Of a DNA stretch of 64,000 bases, positions 20,101-33,380 are shown in pieces. A model generated the notes under the pieces. The model saw nothing but the letters and a program-made list of their open reading frames with translations. It was not told where the DNA came from and ran no database searches. The position numbers and the translations under genes were made by a program. Every line of letters begins with the position of its first letter. The first letter of the stretch is position 1. The stretch comes from Octopus sinensis (Eukaryota), in NCBI RefSeq assembly GCF_006345805.1, contig NC_043000.1:71796001-71860000 (forward strand). The letters run 5' to 3'.

Positions 20101-21245
20101 ACATTTGTCAACACGTGCTTTCTTGCAGATAAAAGATTCTCAAAGATTTTTTGGTTTCGCTTGTTACTATGGAAAAAGGCTTCCTCGCAGACAAAAGAGT
20201 TCTCATGTTCCGCTTTTTACTATCGAAACAGGCATGAATGTATCTGTGATTAAAATTACCAAAATTTTCAAACTTTAATTACTAATAACTCTTTCATTTA
20301 TTGATTTATAGTGCAAACGATTTTCACGTCATTAATTAGCCTATAAAAGTGCATCGCTACACTGAATATGAAATCAATTCTGTTCGAATTGATGCTAGCA
20401 GCCAAACCCCGACTAGATCCCATTTCTGAAAGCGCGAGTAAATTATATCATGGCGCTCTCTTACGTATGAAAATTTATACGTTTGTAGAAGTTTGTGTAA
20501 GTTAGGCACATAAATCGTATTTATAAACACCTGTAAGTTTTTGTGGGTTATTTTTTGTCCCGGATGAGCATTTGAAATTGAAAGATGAATGGAAAACAAT
20601 GAAAGCGTGATTCGTTCTTGTTCTGATACCTAACAGAATTTCGATATTGTTTGATATATTTCAATCAAACATTATTTATGTTATGACAACAGCGTAAACG
20701 ATAAATCGAATATCAATGCTTATTAACATCGTTTTTACAAATATTCGATTTTCAAATACTCAATATGACGTCACATATGGCCGATCAATGCAGAAATTTA
20801 GTTTCCGTTAAATATTATTCCGTTTACTTTCTTTTCCCGCCTTCCTGAGTAACATGTTGAAATAATGTTTTATTTGAAACTTTTCCAAATTTTTATAGTA
20901 TTAGTTAGTAAAAGGTGACTCAACTAATCCTGTTATCTTACGAGTAAATAGGAAAGAGGAAAATCAAAGAGGAATTAAGAGGAAAAATTCAACCCAGAGC
21001 GTACAAATAAGTGTCATTTGCGTCAATAAAAAAGAAAAAAAGAATTTATAAACTCTAGGCCAATGACGGTGACGACCCGATGAAACGACTAAACTTCTTT
21101 AATATATGTTTAAAGTAATTCCTTTTCTCATTTTCTCAAACTGCGTTCTGTGTAGTCCTGGAGCTAATTTGAGTTAATCAATCTGTGGTCTTCATTCCCC
21201 ACCGAAAACTCTAAAATTCACCACTTCGGGAGAATTCCCCACATG

Positions 21246-21258
21246 TTGAGAGTCACTG
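21246..21258 (-). mobile_element. hAT Buster-type TIR (MITE end)
   Basis: TTGAGAGTCACTG followed by the flank CATTAGAG (central TA). Confidence 0.45.
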
Positions 21259-22165
21259 CATTAGAGACAGGAACCAGTTGTTTCTTGCAGTAAATACATC
21301 TAAAGCAAAATTTTTTTCATGGAACCCTAAAATGCTACCGTAACTCCCTATTTTACTATTTTGACTGCATATCCCCCACTACAAAAAATAAACTTTGTAT
21401 GGACTCCACTGTGGTAGATGGAAGAAGGAGACGAGTAAAAGTATTCCTTATAACAGAACAGGTGACACGGGGGAGAGGGGTCAACAAAGGAATGTGAATC
21501 TGGAAGTATGTGAGGGTGTTATATGACTGTTAATTTAAGTGCGATGAAGCAGTAGCGACATATGGAGCTGATTTAAGGGTATAAATCAAAACAAAAATTG
21601 TCAAGTGTGTGTATGTATGAAAGTGTCAATATGTGTGCGTGCGTGTGACGAGTAGGTGTGTGTATGTATGTGTTCGCTGGCTGGTGTGTCAAAGTAACAA
21701 AAGAGCAAATGAATAGAGGTATGTACGTGTGTATATGTGTGTATAAGTGATGGGTGCTACTGTGTGGAGGAAGGATGGTCGAAGGGCGGTATGTGTTTGA
21801 GTGTGAGTTAGTATATGAAGGGTGTGTGTGAAACTGAGGAGGAGGTAAAATGCGGATGATAGAGAGAATAGTGGGGTGTACGGGGGTATATATAGGTCCG
21901 ACTGTGAGAAGGGAAGAGAGTTGAATAGGGAACGTAATTCTGCATCAGTTAGTGAGGGGTGGAAGTGATATCCAAGAAATTGTTTTGGACGGGTTTCGAT
22001 AGTAATTTTAAAACCAAACCCTTTAAAGAATTTAAAGAAATGTTTTTGGAATTTGCCTGTTTTTATTTATCACGGTTTCTAAGTATAATAAACCCATCGT
22101 CTCCTGCCGAATATATGTGTAAAAGCTTAAAGGACTAACCCTTACAAATTAGAAACCACCTAAAT

Positions 22166-22200
22166 CAGTGGTTCAACAATTTTTTTACTTGTGGACCCCT
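22166..22200 (+). mobile_element. hAT Buster-type TIR (MITE end)
   Basis: CAGTGGTTCAAC...GTGGACCCC preceded by the flank ACCTAAAT (central TA). Confidence 0.45.
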
Positions 22201-22293
22201 TTCATTACTGCTTTACTCAGGTGGCATTTCAAATGCTACGTTTTAGCCTTTTCAGGACCAGAACATTTTCTAACCAAGTTTGTCATTATAGCT

Positions 22294-22480
22294 TACAAGC
22301 AGAGATACCCGGCGTTGCCCGTGTTACATACAATTGAAGAATTAGATTTTTCTGTTATATTTTCTCTAATGAACTGAAATATCTGTTTTGAATTTCATCA
22401 AAATTGCAGATGAGGGTTATTTCCCTCTATACACCCACCAAAAAAAATTGTAATCGTTCCACATGTATCCCATACTACTG
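22294..22480 (+). mobile_element. Helitron/HINE (DINE-1-like) non-autonomous fragment
   Basis: TACAAGCAGAGATACCCGGCGTTGCCCG terminus and GAATTTCATCAAAATTG internal motif. Confidence 0.5.
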
Positions 22481-23639
22481 ATTTTTATGCGCATATTCCA
22501 AAATTCCAGTCTTATTGAACTTGTTAAAAAGATTTTGCTCCTGAAAATGAAGGTCATGGAGCTCTAAAATGTGAGAGTTAAGGCCCTTGTTGGGGGTGGG
22601 CATCTTAATGTCAACCAGAGAAGTTGAATTGTTCAGAATCTTTTTAACTTGGGTCTTATATCTATTGTTTGAATTTCTTTGAAATAAGAAATATATGTTC
22701 ACTGGGTTTGTAAAAGAGAGCAAAGCTACAGGAAGCCAAAAGACGAATGATCACAATAAGCAGTAGGCTACCCTACCCTAGTCGTTACCACTCCCAATGT
22801 AGGATTCCTCACCATCCAGGTGACAGGCACAGCTGTAAGATGCATTACGAATCTATAGCAATTGGAAGGGCGTGACCCAACTGAAATCAACATTAACAAC
22901 TGTATGACGTGGGAGATCAGGAGAAATGAAACTGTCACCTCTGGAGTTTGCAAATGACCACTATACTGATACGTAACTGGACAGAATAAATTTACAATCT
23001 ATAAGCGTCTTTGAAAAACCAGTCACTCATCTGGGAAGGCCTTGAAATCAATGTTACCATCTGGGGACTATGTGTGACCCAGTGATAATAAAAAGACTGA
23101 AAGGAGGTCTGCAATCAAATAACTTTACTCAACACTTTGCAACTGAATCAGTGGAGGCAAAGATGCCTCACATTTACTTGACAGTTTATGCACCACATTG
23201 CAGAAATCACAATGTAAGTGTATGTCAAAGCAAACTGTTACACTGTTGTACCATTGAATTAGAAATAATGCTCAACTTTTATGCTCGGGTAACCCTACAG
23301 CTTCCAAGAGCACAACTGTATTCGTTTTTGCTTAGATAAAATGACAAAATTGTGGGTGTTAAGTCCCCATGGAGGGGTTTTCAAACGTGTAAGAAGATAA
23401 CATTTTATAAATATTACTTCATTTGTGTCTAATATCTATGGTTAAAATTTCATCAACAGCAAAAATATATGAATTGTCATGGGGGTTATGGTCTTATGCA
23501 TAGAATATAATTTCCAAATTTTATAAAGATCCATTCAGTACTTTTGACCTAGTTTTGGATCATAAAAGAAATGACTAAAATTTGGGAGTTAAGGCTCCCA
23601 TTAGGGTTTTATATATATATATATATATATACATACAAA

Positions 23640-23905
23640 AATAAATTGATAGATACAACTGAGTGGGCAAACAAAAATATGAGACACAGCCTAGTGCTTT
23701 TTTTATGTTGATAAGCCTGGTACTTATTCTATTAGTTTGTTCTTGTGAAACCAGTAAGTTATGTGGATGTAAATATATGAACAGCAGTTGTGAAGCAGTG
23801 TTGAGGGCGAAACACAGAGACAAAGACACACACATACACTTACATATATGCACACACACATATATATACGATTGATTTGTTTCAGTTCCTGTCTACGAAA
23901 TCCAT
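23640..23905 (-). mobile_element. SINE 3' portion, homologous to 26098-26350
   Basis: Shared GATACAACTGAGT(G/A)GGCAA...AAGCCTGGTACTTATTCTAT...CAGTAAGTTATG and TTTCAGTT...AAATCCA. Confidence 0.7.
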
Positions 23906-25924
23906 ATATATTGTTGTTGGCATCCTTTTTGTCTCGGGAGACAATGGAGTTGCGCATAAAATAATCTAGTCTGGCTTTCACATTTCATGTCCTACTACAT
24001 CTTCTGCTGTGCCGGTGCCGCAAATGTAGTGAAGACTTTGCCTGGCTCGTTGTAATGTCATAGTTTCTTGTTGACGTCTTTTCTTGTCTTTCCATTTCTT
24101 CTCTCTCTCTCTCTCTATGTAACTCCTTTGTATTCCCTCTTTTACGGTACGTCGCCAATCTCCACGGTTGCTGGCAACTGCTTCCCAGTTGGTAATATTG
24201 ATGTTGCAGGCATTCATGTTCCTTTTGCAAATATCCTTGTATCGTAAGAACGGTCTTCCCACAGACCTAATGCCCCTAGCAAGCTCTCCGTTGAGTATGT
24301 CCTTGGGGATTCTGCCATCTTCCATACGGTTAACATGTCTTGGCACGCAAACGCGAGAGATTGAACAGTTTCCCGTCACTTCTACTGTGCAGAAACACTC
24401 CATCATCTGATGTCTCAAAGGCATGTGACAGAAGCAGCGAGAAGATGCCAAATAATGTAGGAGCAAGGACACAACCTTGCTTTACCCCGTTTTTTATTTG
24501 GAAGGCGGCTGATGTTGAACCATTGTGCTGTATGATGCCTTGCATATCATCATGGAAAGATTTGATGATCCTTAGCAGCTTTGGTGGACATCCGATTTTT
24601 TGGAGCAGGATGAAGAGGCATTTTCTACTTACCAAGTCAAAGGCCTTTGTCAGATCAATGAAGGCGATATATAATGGCATTTTCTGCTCTCTGGACTTCT
24701 CCTGAAGAATGGAGAATATCATGTCAATAGTTGATCTGCTTCTTCTAAAGCCACACTGCGATTCTGGATAAATTCGAGAAGCAAGCAGTTGTAGCCTGGA
24801 CAGGATAACGCGAGCAAAGGCCTTTCCAACAGTGTTTAGAAGAGATATTCCACGGTAATTGTTACAATCACTACGGTCAGAAGCTCATAAAGGTGCTGAA
24901 GCACGATGGTGTTTTTGCCGGTTTTGATGATCTCTAAGGGGATGCCGTCTTTTCCCAGAGCCTTGTTACTTGCTAGGGAGTTAATAGCCTTGGTGAGCTC
25001 TGCTATAGATGGCAGACTGTCAAGTTCGCACATGACTGGCAAGATCTTGACACCCTCGATTGCAGCCTCAGCTATCGCGGTCTCCCGTGAGTAGAGATCC
25101 CGGTAGTACTCCACCCATCTATCCATTTGCTTGCTTTGGTCCTTGATGAGATCTCCAGTAGTTGATTTCAGAGGGGCTGACTTGGTTGCGGATGGACCGA
25201 AGGCCTTCTTCAAACCGGCATACATCCTACGGGTGTCTCCACTGTCAGCAGCTGACTGGATACTCTGGCAGATTTCCTGCCAATACTTATTTGCACAGCG
25301 TTTGGCAGTCAGTTGGGTTTTATTTCTTGCCTTTCTGAGTTCTCCGAGTGACTTTGTAGAAGAATCACTCTTGTATTGCATCAGAACTGCACACTTTGCT
25401 TCGATAGCTGTTTCCAGCTCTGAGAGCCCAGACTGAACCAATCTGGGTTTTGCCTTTCTCTCATGCCGAAAGTATCTATTGATGTGGTATACAAAGCTTC
25501 CCTGATATAATTCCCCCTACTTTCAGCAGAGGAGGTTGGGCAGCTACTCAGGGCAACCATGATAGAAACAGTAAAACATTTTCGCAGTGTAGGGTCCGAG
25601 GTTCTGGCAGTGTTAATACGTGGTCGGCCCATTTTCTTGGAGTGATGGACTTTTTTAGGCAGAATCCTCACCCTGCTTCTTATTAGTGAATGATCTGTGT
25701 CACAATCCGCGCTGTGGTAACTACGGGTCAGTTGAACAGAATTCAGAAAGGATCTTCGTGTAATGATGAGATCCAGTTGATACCAGTGGTGAGATCTTGG
25801 ATGTCTTCAAGATGCCTTGTGGGATGTCTTTGTGGTAAAGAATGTGTTGTTGATGCACAGGTTATGATAAGTGCAAAATTCGGGTAGTCTCTGACCATTG
25901 TCATTCATGTTGCCAATACCAAAA
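23906..25924 (-). mobile_element. RTE/BovB-like LINE fragment (APE C-terminus plus RT with internal deletion)
   Basis: GIGNMNDNGQRL...NTFF, RHPRSHHWYQLDLII, YIAFIDLTKAFDLVSR, GVKQGCVLAPTLF, SDGKLFNLSRLRAKT and RMEDGRIPKDIL...GRPFLRYKD. Confidence 0.9.
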
Positions 25925-25994
25925 CACATAAACTTACATATATACATACATATATATACGATTGATTTGTTTCAGTTCCTGTCTACGAAATCCA

Positions 25995-26036
25995 CACACA
26001 CATACAAACACACACACACACACACACACGCACACA

Positions 26037-26080
<44 letters not shown>

Positions 26081-26092
26081 ACACACACACAC
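25995..26092. repeat. (CA)n microsatellite
   Basis: Direct inspection. Confidence 0.95.
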
Positions 26093-26097
26093 AAAGA

Positions 26098-26465
26098 TAA
26101 ATTGAGAGATACAACTGAGTAGGCAAGCAAAAATATGAGACACTGCGTTGTGCGTTTTTATATTTTGATAAGCCTGGTACTTATTCTATCAGTTTCTTCT
26201 TGTGAAATCAGTAAGTTATGGGGATGTAAGTATACGAACACCAGTTGTGAAGCAGTGATGAAGGAGAAACACAAACACACACACATAGACTTACATATAT
26301 ACATACATATACATGCAATTGATTTCTTTCAGTTTCTGTTTACAAAATCCACTGACAAGGCTTTGGTTGGTCTGAGGGTATAGCAGAAGACACATGCCAA
26401 GTTACCACACAGTGGGACTGAACTGAGGACCATGTGTTTTGGAACCAAGTTTGTTACCACACAAC
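26098..26465 (-). mobile_element. tRNA-derived SINE (near full length)
   Basis: Minus strand has GTGTGGTTGTGTGG (A-box-like), CTCAGTTCAGTCCC (B-box-like) and a CORE-like TTGGCATGTGTCTTCTGCTATA. Confidence 0.7.
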
Positions 26466-26528
26466 CACACCTGTACCTATATATGTGTGTGTGTATGTGT
26501 GTATAGGTGTATATATGTATGCATGTAT

Positions 26529-26857
26529 ATAAAAAAAAGACTCCGCCGGTTACGACGACGAGGGTCCCAGCTGATACGATCAACGGAACAGCTTGCTCGT
26601 GAAATTAACGTGCAAATGGCCGAGCATTCCACAGACACGTGTACCCTTAACGTAGTTCTCGGGGATAATCAGCGTGACACAGAGAGTGACAAGGCTGACC
26701 CTTTGAAATACAAGTACAACTCATTTTTGCCAGCTGAGTGGACTGGAGCAACGTGAACTAAAGTGTCTTGCTCAAGGACACAACGCGTCGCCGGGAATCG
26801 AACTCACAACCTTACGATCATGAGCCGAATGCCCTAACCACTAAGCCACGCGCCCTC
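26529..26857 (-). mobile_element. Young tRNA-derived SINE with CORE-like domain
   Basis: Minus strand GGCGCGTGGCTTAGTGG (A box), CTCATGA anticodon-like loop, GAGTTCGATTCCC (B box) and GTGTCCTTGAGCAAGACACTT. Confidence 0.8.
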
Positions 26858-26985
26858 ACATGTATGCATGTATATATGTGTATATATATATGTGAACATA
26901 TTACATGTACATCTATATATATATATATACATCTAGACATACATGTATACATATACATCTATCTATATATACATATATAGATGGA

Positions 26986-28109
26986 TATGTACGCGCACAC
27001 ACATGCACATACACACACTTCCCCACACCCACACGTACATACACACACTCACACACACACTACACACACACACACGGACATACATCTATGCACACACATA
27101 CATACACACATACTCACATACATTCATCGGACACACTGCCCCCACCCGACTACCACGACACACTCACACATCCACACACATACATACTTACGCGCGCATA
27201 CTCGCAGGCACGCGCACATACGCACTTGCGCCGGCTCGCGCTGCATACGCGCCGCATACACCTTGCCCTTGGACTGACGAGACCTCCCGCCCGTTCCTGG
27301 GACCGTCGCGTGTCGTTGGGTTTTCCCACGCCTGTCTCCGCGGTACCACTCTTCCATCTTCCCCTCAGCTGGAGTCCTTTTCCTTCCTTAAACCCCCCCC
27401 CATTTTTCGTTAACACACACACGCGCACACATATACACACCTTGCCTATATATACATCACTCTTCACCATTCAATCTACTCGCCATTAATACCACCACGA
27501 CACTGGACACACACACACACTACTACTCAACACACGCTGGCACGCTACATAATACGCCCCCACCCCTTCCCTCACTCCCTTCTCCTTCCTTTCTTTTTCT
27601 TACTACTTACTGACCTCCCTTCCTCCTTCCTCTTTTTCTTAGTACTGACCTCGTCTGCTAGCTGACCACTAGTCTCGCCCTACCTCACACGCCTACACAC
27701 AGACGCACACACTAACACACACATATTTTTTTGTTTTTTTCAATCTCGCCTCACACACAACATACCACACACGCACATGCACACACTCACACATACACAC
27801 ACATCTGTTGGTTTACCAACCTTGTCTCCACTCTTTTGCCTTTAAAAACCCACTTGCTCTTGTTATCGTCAACATCCGCCTTTCACCATGTGCAACTCGT
27901 AAACACCAGTCGTCTTTTTTCTCTTTTCCCTGTTGCCCGCTCTGGATCTTTCTTTCCTTTCTCTCTCTCCTTCTTTATGTTTCCGACGAAGAGCTCCGCT
28001 CGAAACGTCATACCTCCCTGCTTCCATCTCCTGAGCGCCTATTAATAATAATACTGTAATTGTTCCTGTTGTTGTTGTTTTTTTGTTTCCCTTTTTGATT
28101 AAAATTATA
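26986..28109 (+). repeat. Penelope pseudo-LTR, 5' copy
   Basis: Near-identical to 33381-34484. CA-rich with a GC-rich block and a hammerhead-like motif at 27983-28009. Confidence 0.85.
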
Positions 28110-28267
28110 CACTGCGCGCCTACACGGACCCCTGTACCTTGGATCCAACTCTCGGATTTTTTGCACCTACGGATTATTGTTACCATTCTCCTGACCTACG
28201 GATCACCTGCACCCTTCTTCCGAGTAAACCGCTTACCGTGATGTAAAATCATTACTTAATCTGTCCG

Positions 28268-31200
28268 TTGACTCTCAAATCTCTTTCCTCCTACTTTTTT
28301 CAACTTTTTTCTATTGTTTTTCAAACTGTCTTCACCCTTTTTCTTCTTTCGTTGTTTTCCTGTTTTCTCTCCTTTTCCTGCTTCGCCACCACCCACCCAC
28401 CTTTACCTGTTTGCCACCACCTCTCATCATGCCGTGACTGCACTCGTTCGTCCAACAACCTCAATCCCTCCTCAGGCCGCTACCTCGCGTTCTTCCCCCC
28501 CACAATGTTCCGCACCTGCTATAAACTTTCCCGCTTGCTTTTTAAAAAACCCGCCACTCTAGTCATCTTTCCTTTCTTAGCCGGTTGCCTCCGCCATCAT
28601 GTCACACCCCGCGGTTTCCTCTTGAAGTTCCACGCTACCCCCTATTCCCCCCCTTCATCATCGAACCCACCCTCGCTCGACCTCCCGCTCCCTCCTCCGC
28701 GCCACCATCCGCTCCAACCCGCCCCCTCCTTGACTCCCTCGACCATCAACTTCCCAGCCTACCTCCTTCTCTCCGCCCTCTGCCCTCCCTCTCTCGCCCT
28801 CCACTGCTCTCACCCACTCTTCACCCAACCTATCCTCCGCTTCATTCTTAATCTCAACCACCAACTCTACAACCACCTCTCACACACAAAAACAAAAACT
28901 CCACCTCCTCCCTCCCCCCTCACACCCCTCACCCCCTTCCCCATCCTCCCCTACTGTTCCCCCCCTCCTTCGCACCTACCCCACCCTTCCACGACCCCCC
29001 CCACCGTGACCTTCCTACGGCCTAAACCATCTTCAACCCAACCACCCCTACCCTCCCCTTCACACCCCTGGCACCCCCTCCGCCTGCCCCTAGTCTTCTC
29101 CCACCACCCCGCTTCCTCGCGCTGTTGTCACTATAACCCCCCACCTCCCCCTCTCCGCCGCTGAGCGCTCCCTCCTCATTAAAGGTCTCCGCTTCACGCC
29201 ACTCACGCGCCACTGTGATGAGTTCGAGACTCGGGCGGACGTCAACCTGTTCCTTGCGCCGCCTCAAACTTCGCGCATACTACCACGCGTCCCCGCAGCG
29301 TCAAAACAATCAGGATTGCCTTTTTGGAGCTGGGGCGTCGTCCATCATCTGGACGCCGCCCCCAGGCCTTTTCAGTAGCCTAGATTCGTTTGTACATGAC
29401 TGCAACGCTTTGGTCCACCGTTTCATCAACTTTGAACCAAGACCCCCCGAGCCAACCTCACTCGGGCCGAATCCTTTCCCTTCGCCACCCCTCCGCCGCC
29501 GTGATGACATTGTCATCAAACCGGCGGACAAAGGCGGGGCATGGTAGTGTGCGCGCGGACCTATACAGGGAGGAAGCGCTCAACCAGCTTCAAATCCACT
29601 CTTCTATCGCCTCCTCCCCTCCGTCCCATCCCCCACCTCCTCCTACAACAACGAGTGTCCTCCACCATCCACGACCTCATCTCCTCTCCCTCCGCTCTCC
29701 CCCTCATCCACACCGCCACCAACCTCATCGTCCGCACACCCCACGCACCCTCCACCATCTACTTCCTTCCCAAGATCCATAAACCCTCTAATCCTGGCCG
29801 TCCCATAGTCTCTGCCTGTATTGCCCCACTGAACTCATCTCCCTATACCTCGACCGCATCCTGTCCCCCTTAGTCGCAGCCCTCCCATCCCACATACACT
29901 ACACCAACCACGCCCTCCGTCTCTTCAATTCCTTTTCCTTCCCTTCCAGCCCCCTGCACAACCCCTCTTCACTTTAGATGTAAAATCCCTGTACACAGTG
30001 ATTCCCCACAATGACGGTCTCCTAGCCCTCCAACACTTCCCGAACCGACCGTCGTCCCGACCCCCCCCCAGCACCCCCACCCTTCTCCGTTTGGCCGAGC
30101 TCGTCCTCACCCTCATTGCTTCACGTCGCGCCGGGGAAACGTACCAACAGGTGTCCGGGGTCGCGATGGGAACTAGGATGGGCCCCAATTTCGCGCAGTC
30201 TCTTTCTTGGCTACATTGAGGCCCAAGTGTTCTCTCCCCAGTTTCTCTGGGCCGACCCCCGAACTATACGGTCGCTATATCGACGACTGCGTAGGTGCCA
30301 CCTCCCCCTCCCCCTTTCCCGTGAACTTCTCTGCCAATTCATCTCTTTCCTTTCCAACTTTCACCCCTCCCTTCAATTCACCTCCACCATCTCCAACACC
30401 TCTGTCACTTCCTTGACATCTCTCTCCGCATCGATCACCCACTCCCAGATCCCCGACCCACCACCACCCTTTTTTTAAACCTACGGATTCCCCCACCTCT
30501 ATCTCAACTTCTCTTCCTCTCCACCCCTTCCACACCAAACGAGCCATCCCCTACTCCCAGTTCCCTCCGCCCTCCGACGTTTGTGCAGCCGCGACCAGGA
30601 TTTCGAGACCCAATCTCAATACCTGGCCCGCATGTTCAGACTCCGAGTTACCCACCCATACTCCTCTCTGATGCCCTCACCGCGCTCCGCTCGTCATCGA
30701 CGCACTACTACCGCCCTGTCTCCTTCCCCCCCCCGCCCACCCCCCAACCGCACCCCTTCCCCCTCCTTTTCCACCCCTCTACCCTACCCCTTCGTCGCAA
30801 GATACTACGTGCCTTCCGTCGCCTCCAGCTTGATCCCATCACCCGCCCCATTTTCCCTAACCTACCCCTGTCCTCTTTCAAACGAGCCCGCAATCTGCGT
30901 GACCTCCTGGTCCACAGCACCCTCTCTCCTTCCCCCCTCAGCCCCACACGGATCATTCCCTTGCTCTAGATCCCGCTGCAAACACTTGCCCCCTTCATCA
31001 CCAACACCACCGCTGTCACCGGCTCCAACCTGCACACTGTACGCATTAGGCACTCCTTTACGTGCACCCTCGTCTGGCCTTATTTATCTACTGCATTAAA
31101 TGCAACTATGCGGGATGCTGTATGTAGGACACGGGACGCCGGTTGTCCGACCGTTCATCACTGAGCACTTAAGGGACGTTCGCCTACACTCTCTTTTTCT

Positions 31201-31371
31201 CCCGTCGCACGCCACTTCCGCTCGGCCGGCCATTCCCTAGATGACATCTCAGTGTTTGGTCTCGCCCCCCACCAAGGTCGCCCACTTTCCAGGCTCCACT
31301 TGGAGCAACGCTACATCTTCACCCTACAAACTACCACCCCACACGGACTTAACACAGCCCCCTCCTCTTGA
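28268..31371 (+). pseudogene. Penelope RT plus GIY-YIG endonuclease ORF, multiply frameshifted
   Basis: FLAGCLRHHVTPRGFLLKF, DIVIKPADKGG, YFLPKIHKPSNPGRPIVSAC, DVKSLYTVIP, GVAMGTRMGP, RYIDD, IPYSQFLRLRR, PVARHFRSAGH and EQRYIFTLQTTTPHGLN; TGA at 31369-31371. Extremely C-rich strand. Confidence 0.88.
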
Positions 31372-31399
31372 GTCTGTTTTTTTTTTTTTTTTTTTTTTG

Positions 31400-33380
31400 C
31401 ACACCACCCACACACACACACCCACCTGCCTCCCACACGCACACACCCCACCCACCTACCTCCCCACACACAACCCAACCACCTACCTCCCACACGCCTG
31501 TTCACACACACACATACGCAACCCATTTTACGTACATACATTCACACATTTAATCACACCACTTTACAGACATACTAGCACACACTAACATACAAACCAA
31601 CATGCACATACACACACACATACATACATACGCACACACATACATACTTACACACACACACCACACACACAGACATACATACACACATACACACACACAT
31701 ACATACGCACATACATACACACACACACTCACACACACACACAGCACGTACGTACATACTTCACACACACACACAGCAAACATACATGTAGGCACATACA
31801 TACATACATGCCCACACATGCACACCCTTACACTGAATGCACACACACACATACACCTTTTTGCATCCAGGCAGCCCCCCCCTTTTCTGCTTTCCGGTTT
31901 TGGCTGATGGATCCTCGGTTCCCGCCGTAGCGGGGGCGTTCGAGGGCCTTTGCGCTCGCGCGCCTTGGCGCGCGCTGGGGGCTTGGTCGGCCCCTTGGGC
32001 TTGCGTTGTACTGCTTGGGCGTTGTGTGCGTGAGCGCGCTTTGTGCGTGTGGCTTGCTTCTTCTGCGGTGTGCGCGTACGTATGTATGCATACATACCCA
32101 CACACTCGCATGCACCTTACTACCTCCCACATACATACACGCACACCTACTCACTCACACACACACATACACACACATACCTGCACACACCACACATACA
32201 TACATACTACATACATACCTACTTCAGACATACAACACACCAGACATACACCCATACACTCACACTCACACCACGCATACACACACACACATACAACATA
32301 CACACGCACACGTACACATACACACACACACACACCTACATACATACATACACTTGTATACACACACCTTACATTTTACACCACACTTACACCAACACAC
32401 ACACACACCTCACAACCACACACACACACAAACACACACATCACCACCCACCTACATTACATCTCACACACACGCCACACACATACATACACACATACAT
32501 AAACACACACACATACACATATACACACATACGCACACACACATATACTTATACACATGCACACACACACATCATATAACATACACCCATATACATACAT
32601 ACACACATACCCACATACTCCTATACGCACATACATAACACAAGACATACACACTTACACACTCACACAAACATACACACACACATACTTACACACACAC
32701 TCACCTGCACGCGCACACACATGCATGACAAACACCCATACACTCACACTCACATACGCACACACCAACAAAACACGCACACGCACACACACACCTACAC
32801 TCCCACACACATACACACGCACCTACATACACCACACGCACGCATACACCGCATACACACATACATTACACACGTACACACACACCCCCATACACATGCA
32901 TACACACACACCACAACATGCACGGACACACCCAGACATACACCATACACCTATATACACACGCCCACAACACCTACATACACCACACATATACACACGC
33001 CCACACACCTACATCACACCACATACATACACACACATACACGGACACACCCCACACATTCTTACATACTACCTATACACACACGCCTACACACCTACAT
33101 ACACACACAATGCATACACACACACACATGTACGCACATACACACACATATACGCACATACATATATACCCCACACACATGGCACACACACACACACATA
33201 CGCACATGCATGCATGCATGCACACGCGCACACCTACACCGCAACACACAACACACCGCACGTACACATACATACATACACACACGCATACTACACCCAT
33301 ACACATACATGCATCCGACACACACACACATACATACACCACCACATACATACAACCACACACTCACTCCTCACACCCTG
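31400..33380. repeat. About 2-kb cryptic (CA)/(CATA) simple-sequence tract with a GC-rich island
   Basis: Direct inspection; island at 31881-32076. Confidence 0.85.

Noticed and set aside
22700-23340. Short ORFs as host exons
   Set aside because: No recognisable motif, stops in alternative frames and no convincing splice-site pair.
26770-26857. tRNA-Met(CAT)-like gene
   Set aside because: The acceptor stem is incomplete and the sequence continues into a SINE CORE-like body, so it is a SINE head.
27247-27310. CTGACGA in the Penelope pLTR GC block as a second hammerhead
   Set aside because: No GAAA box follows the putative stem II.
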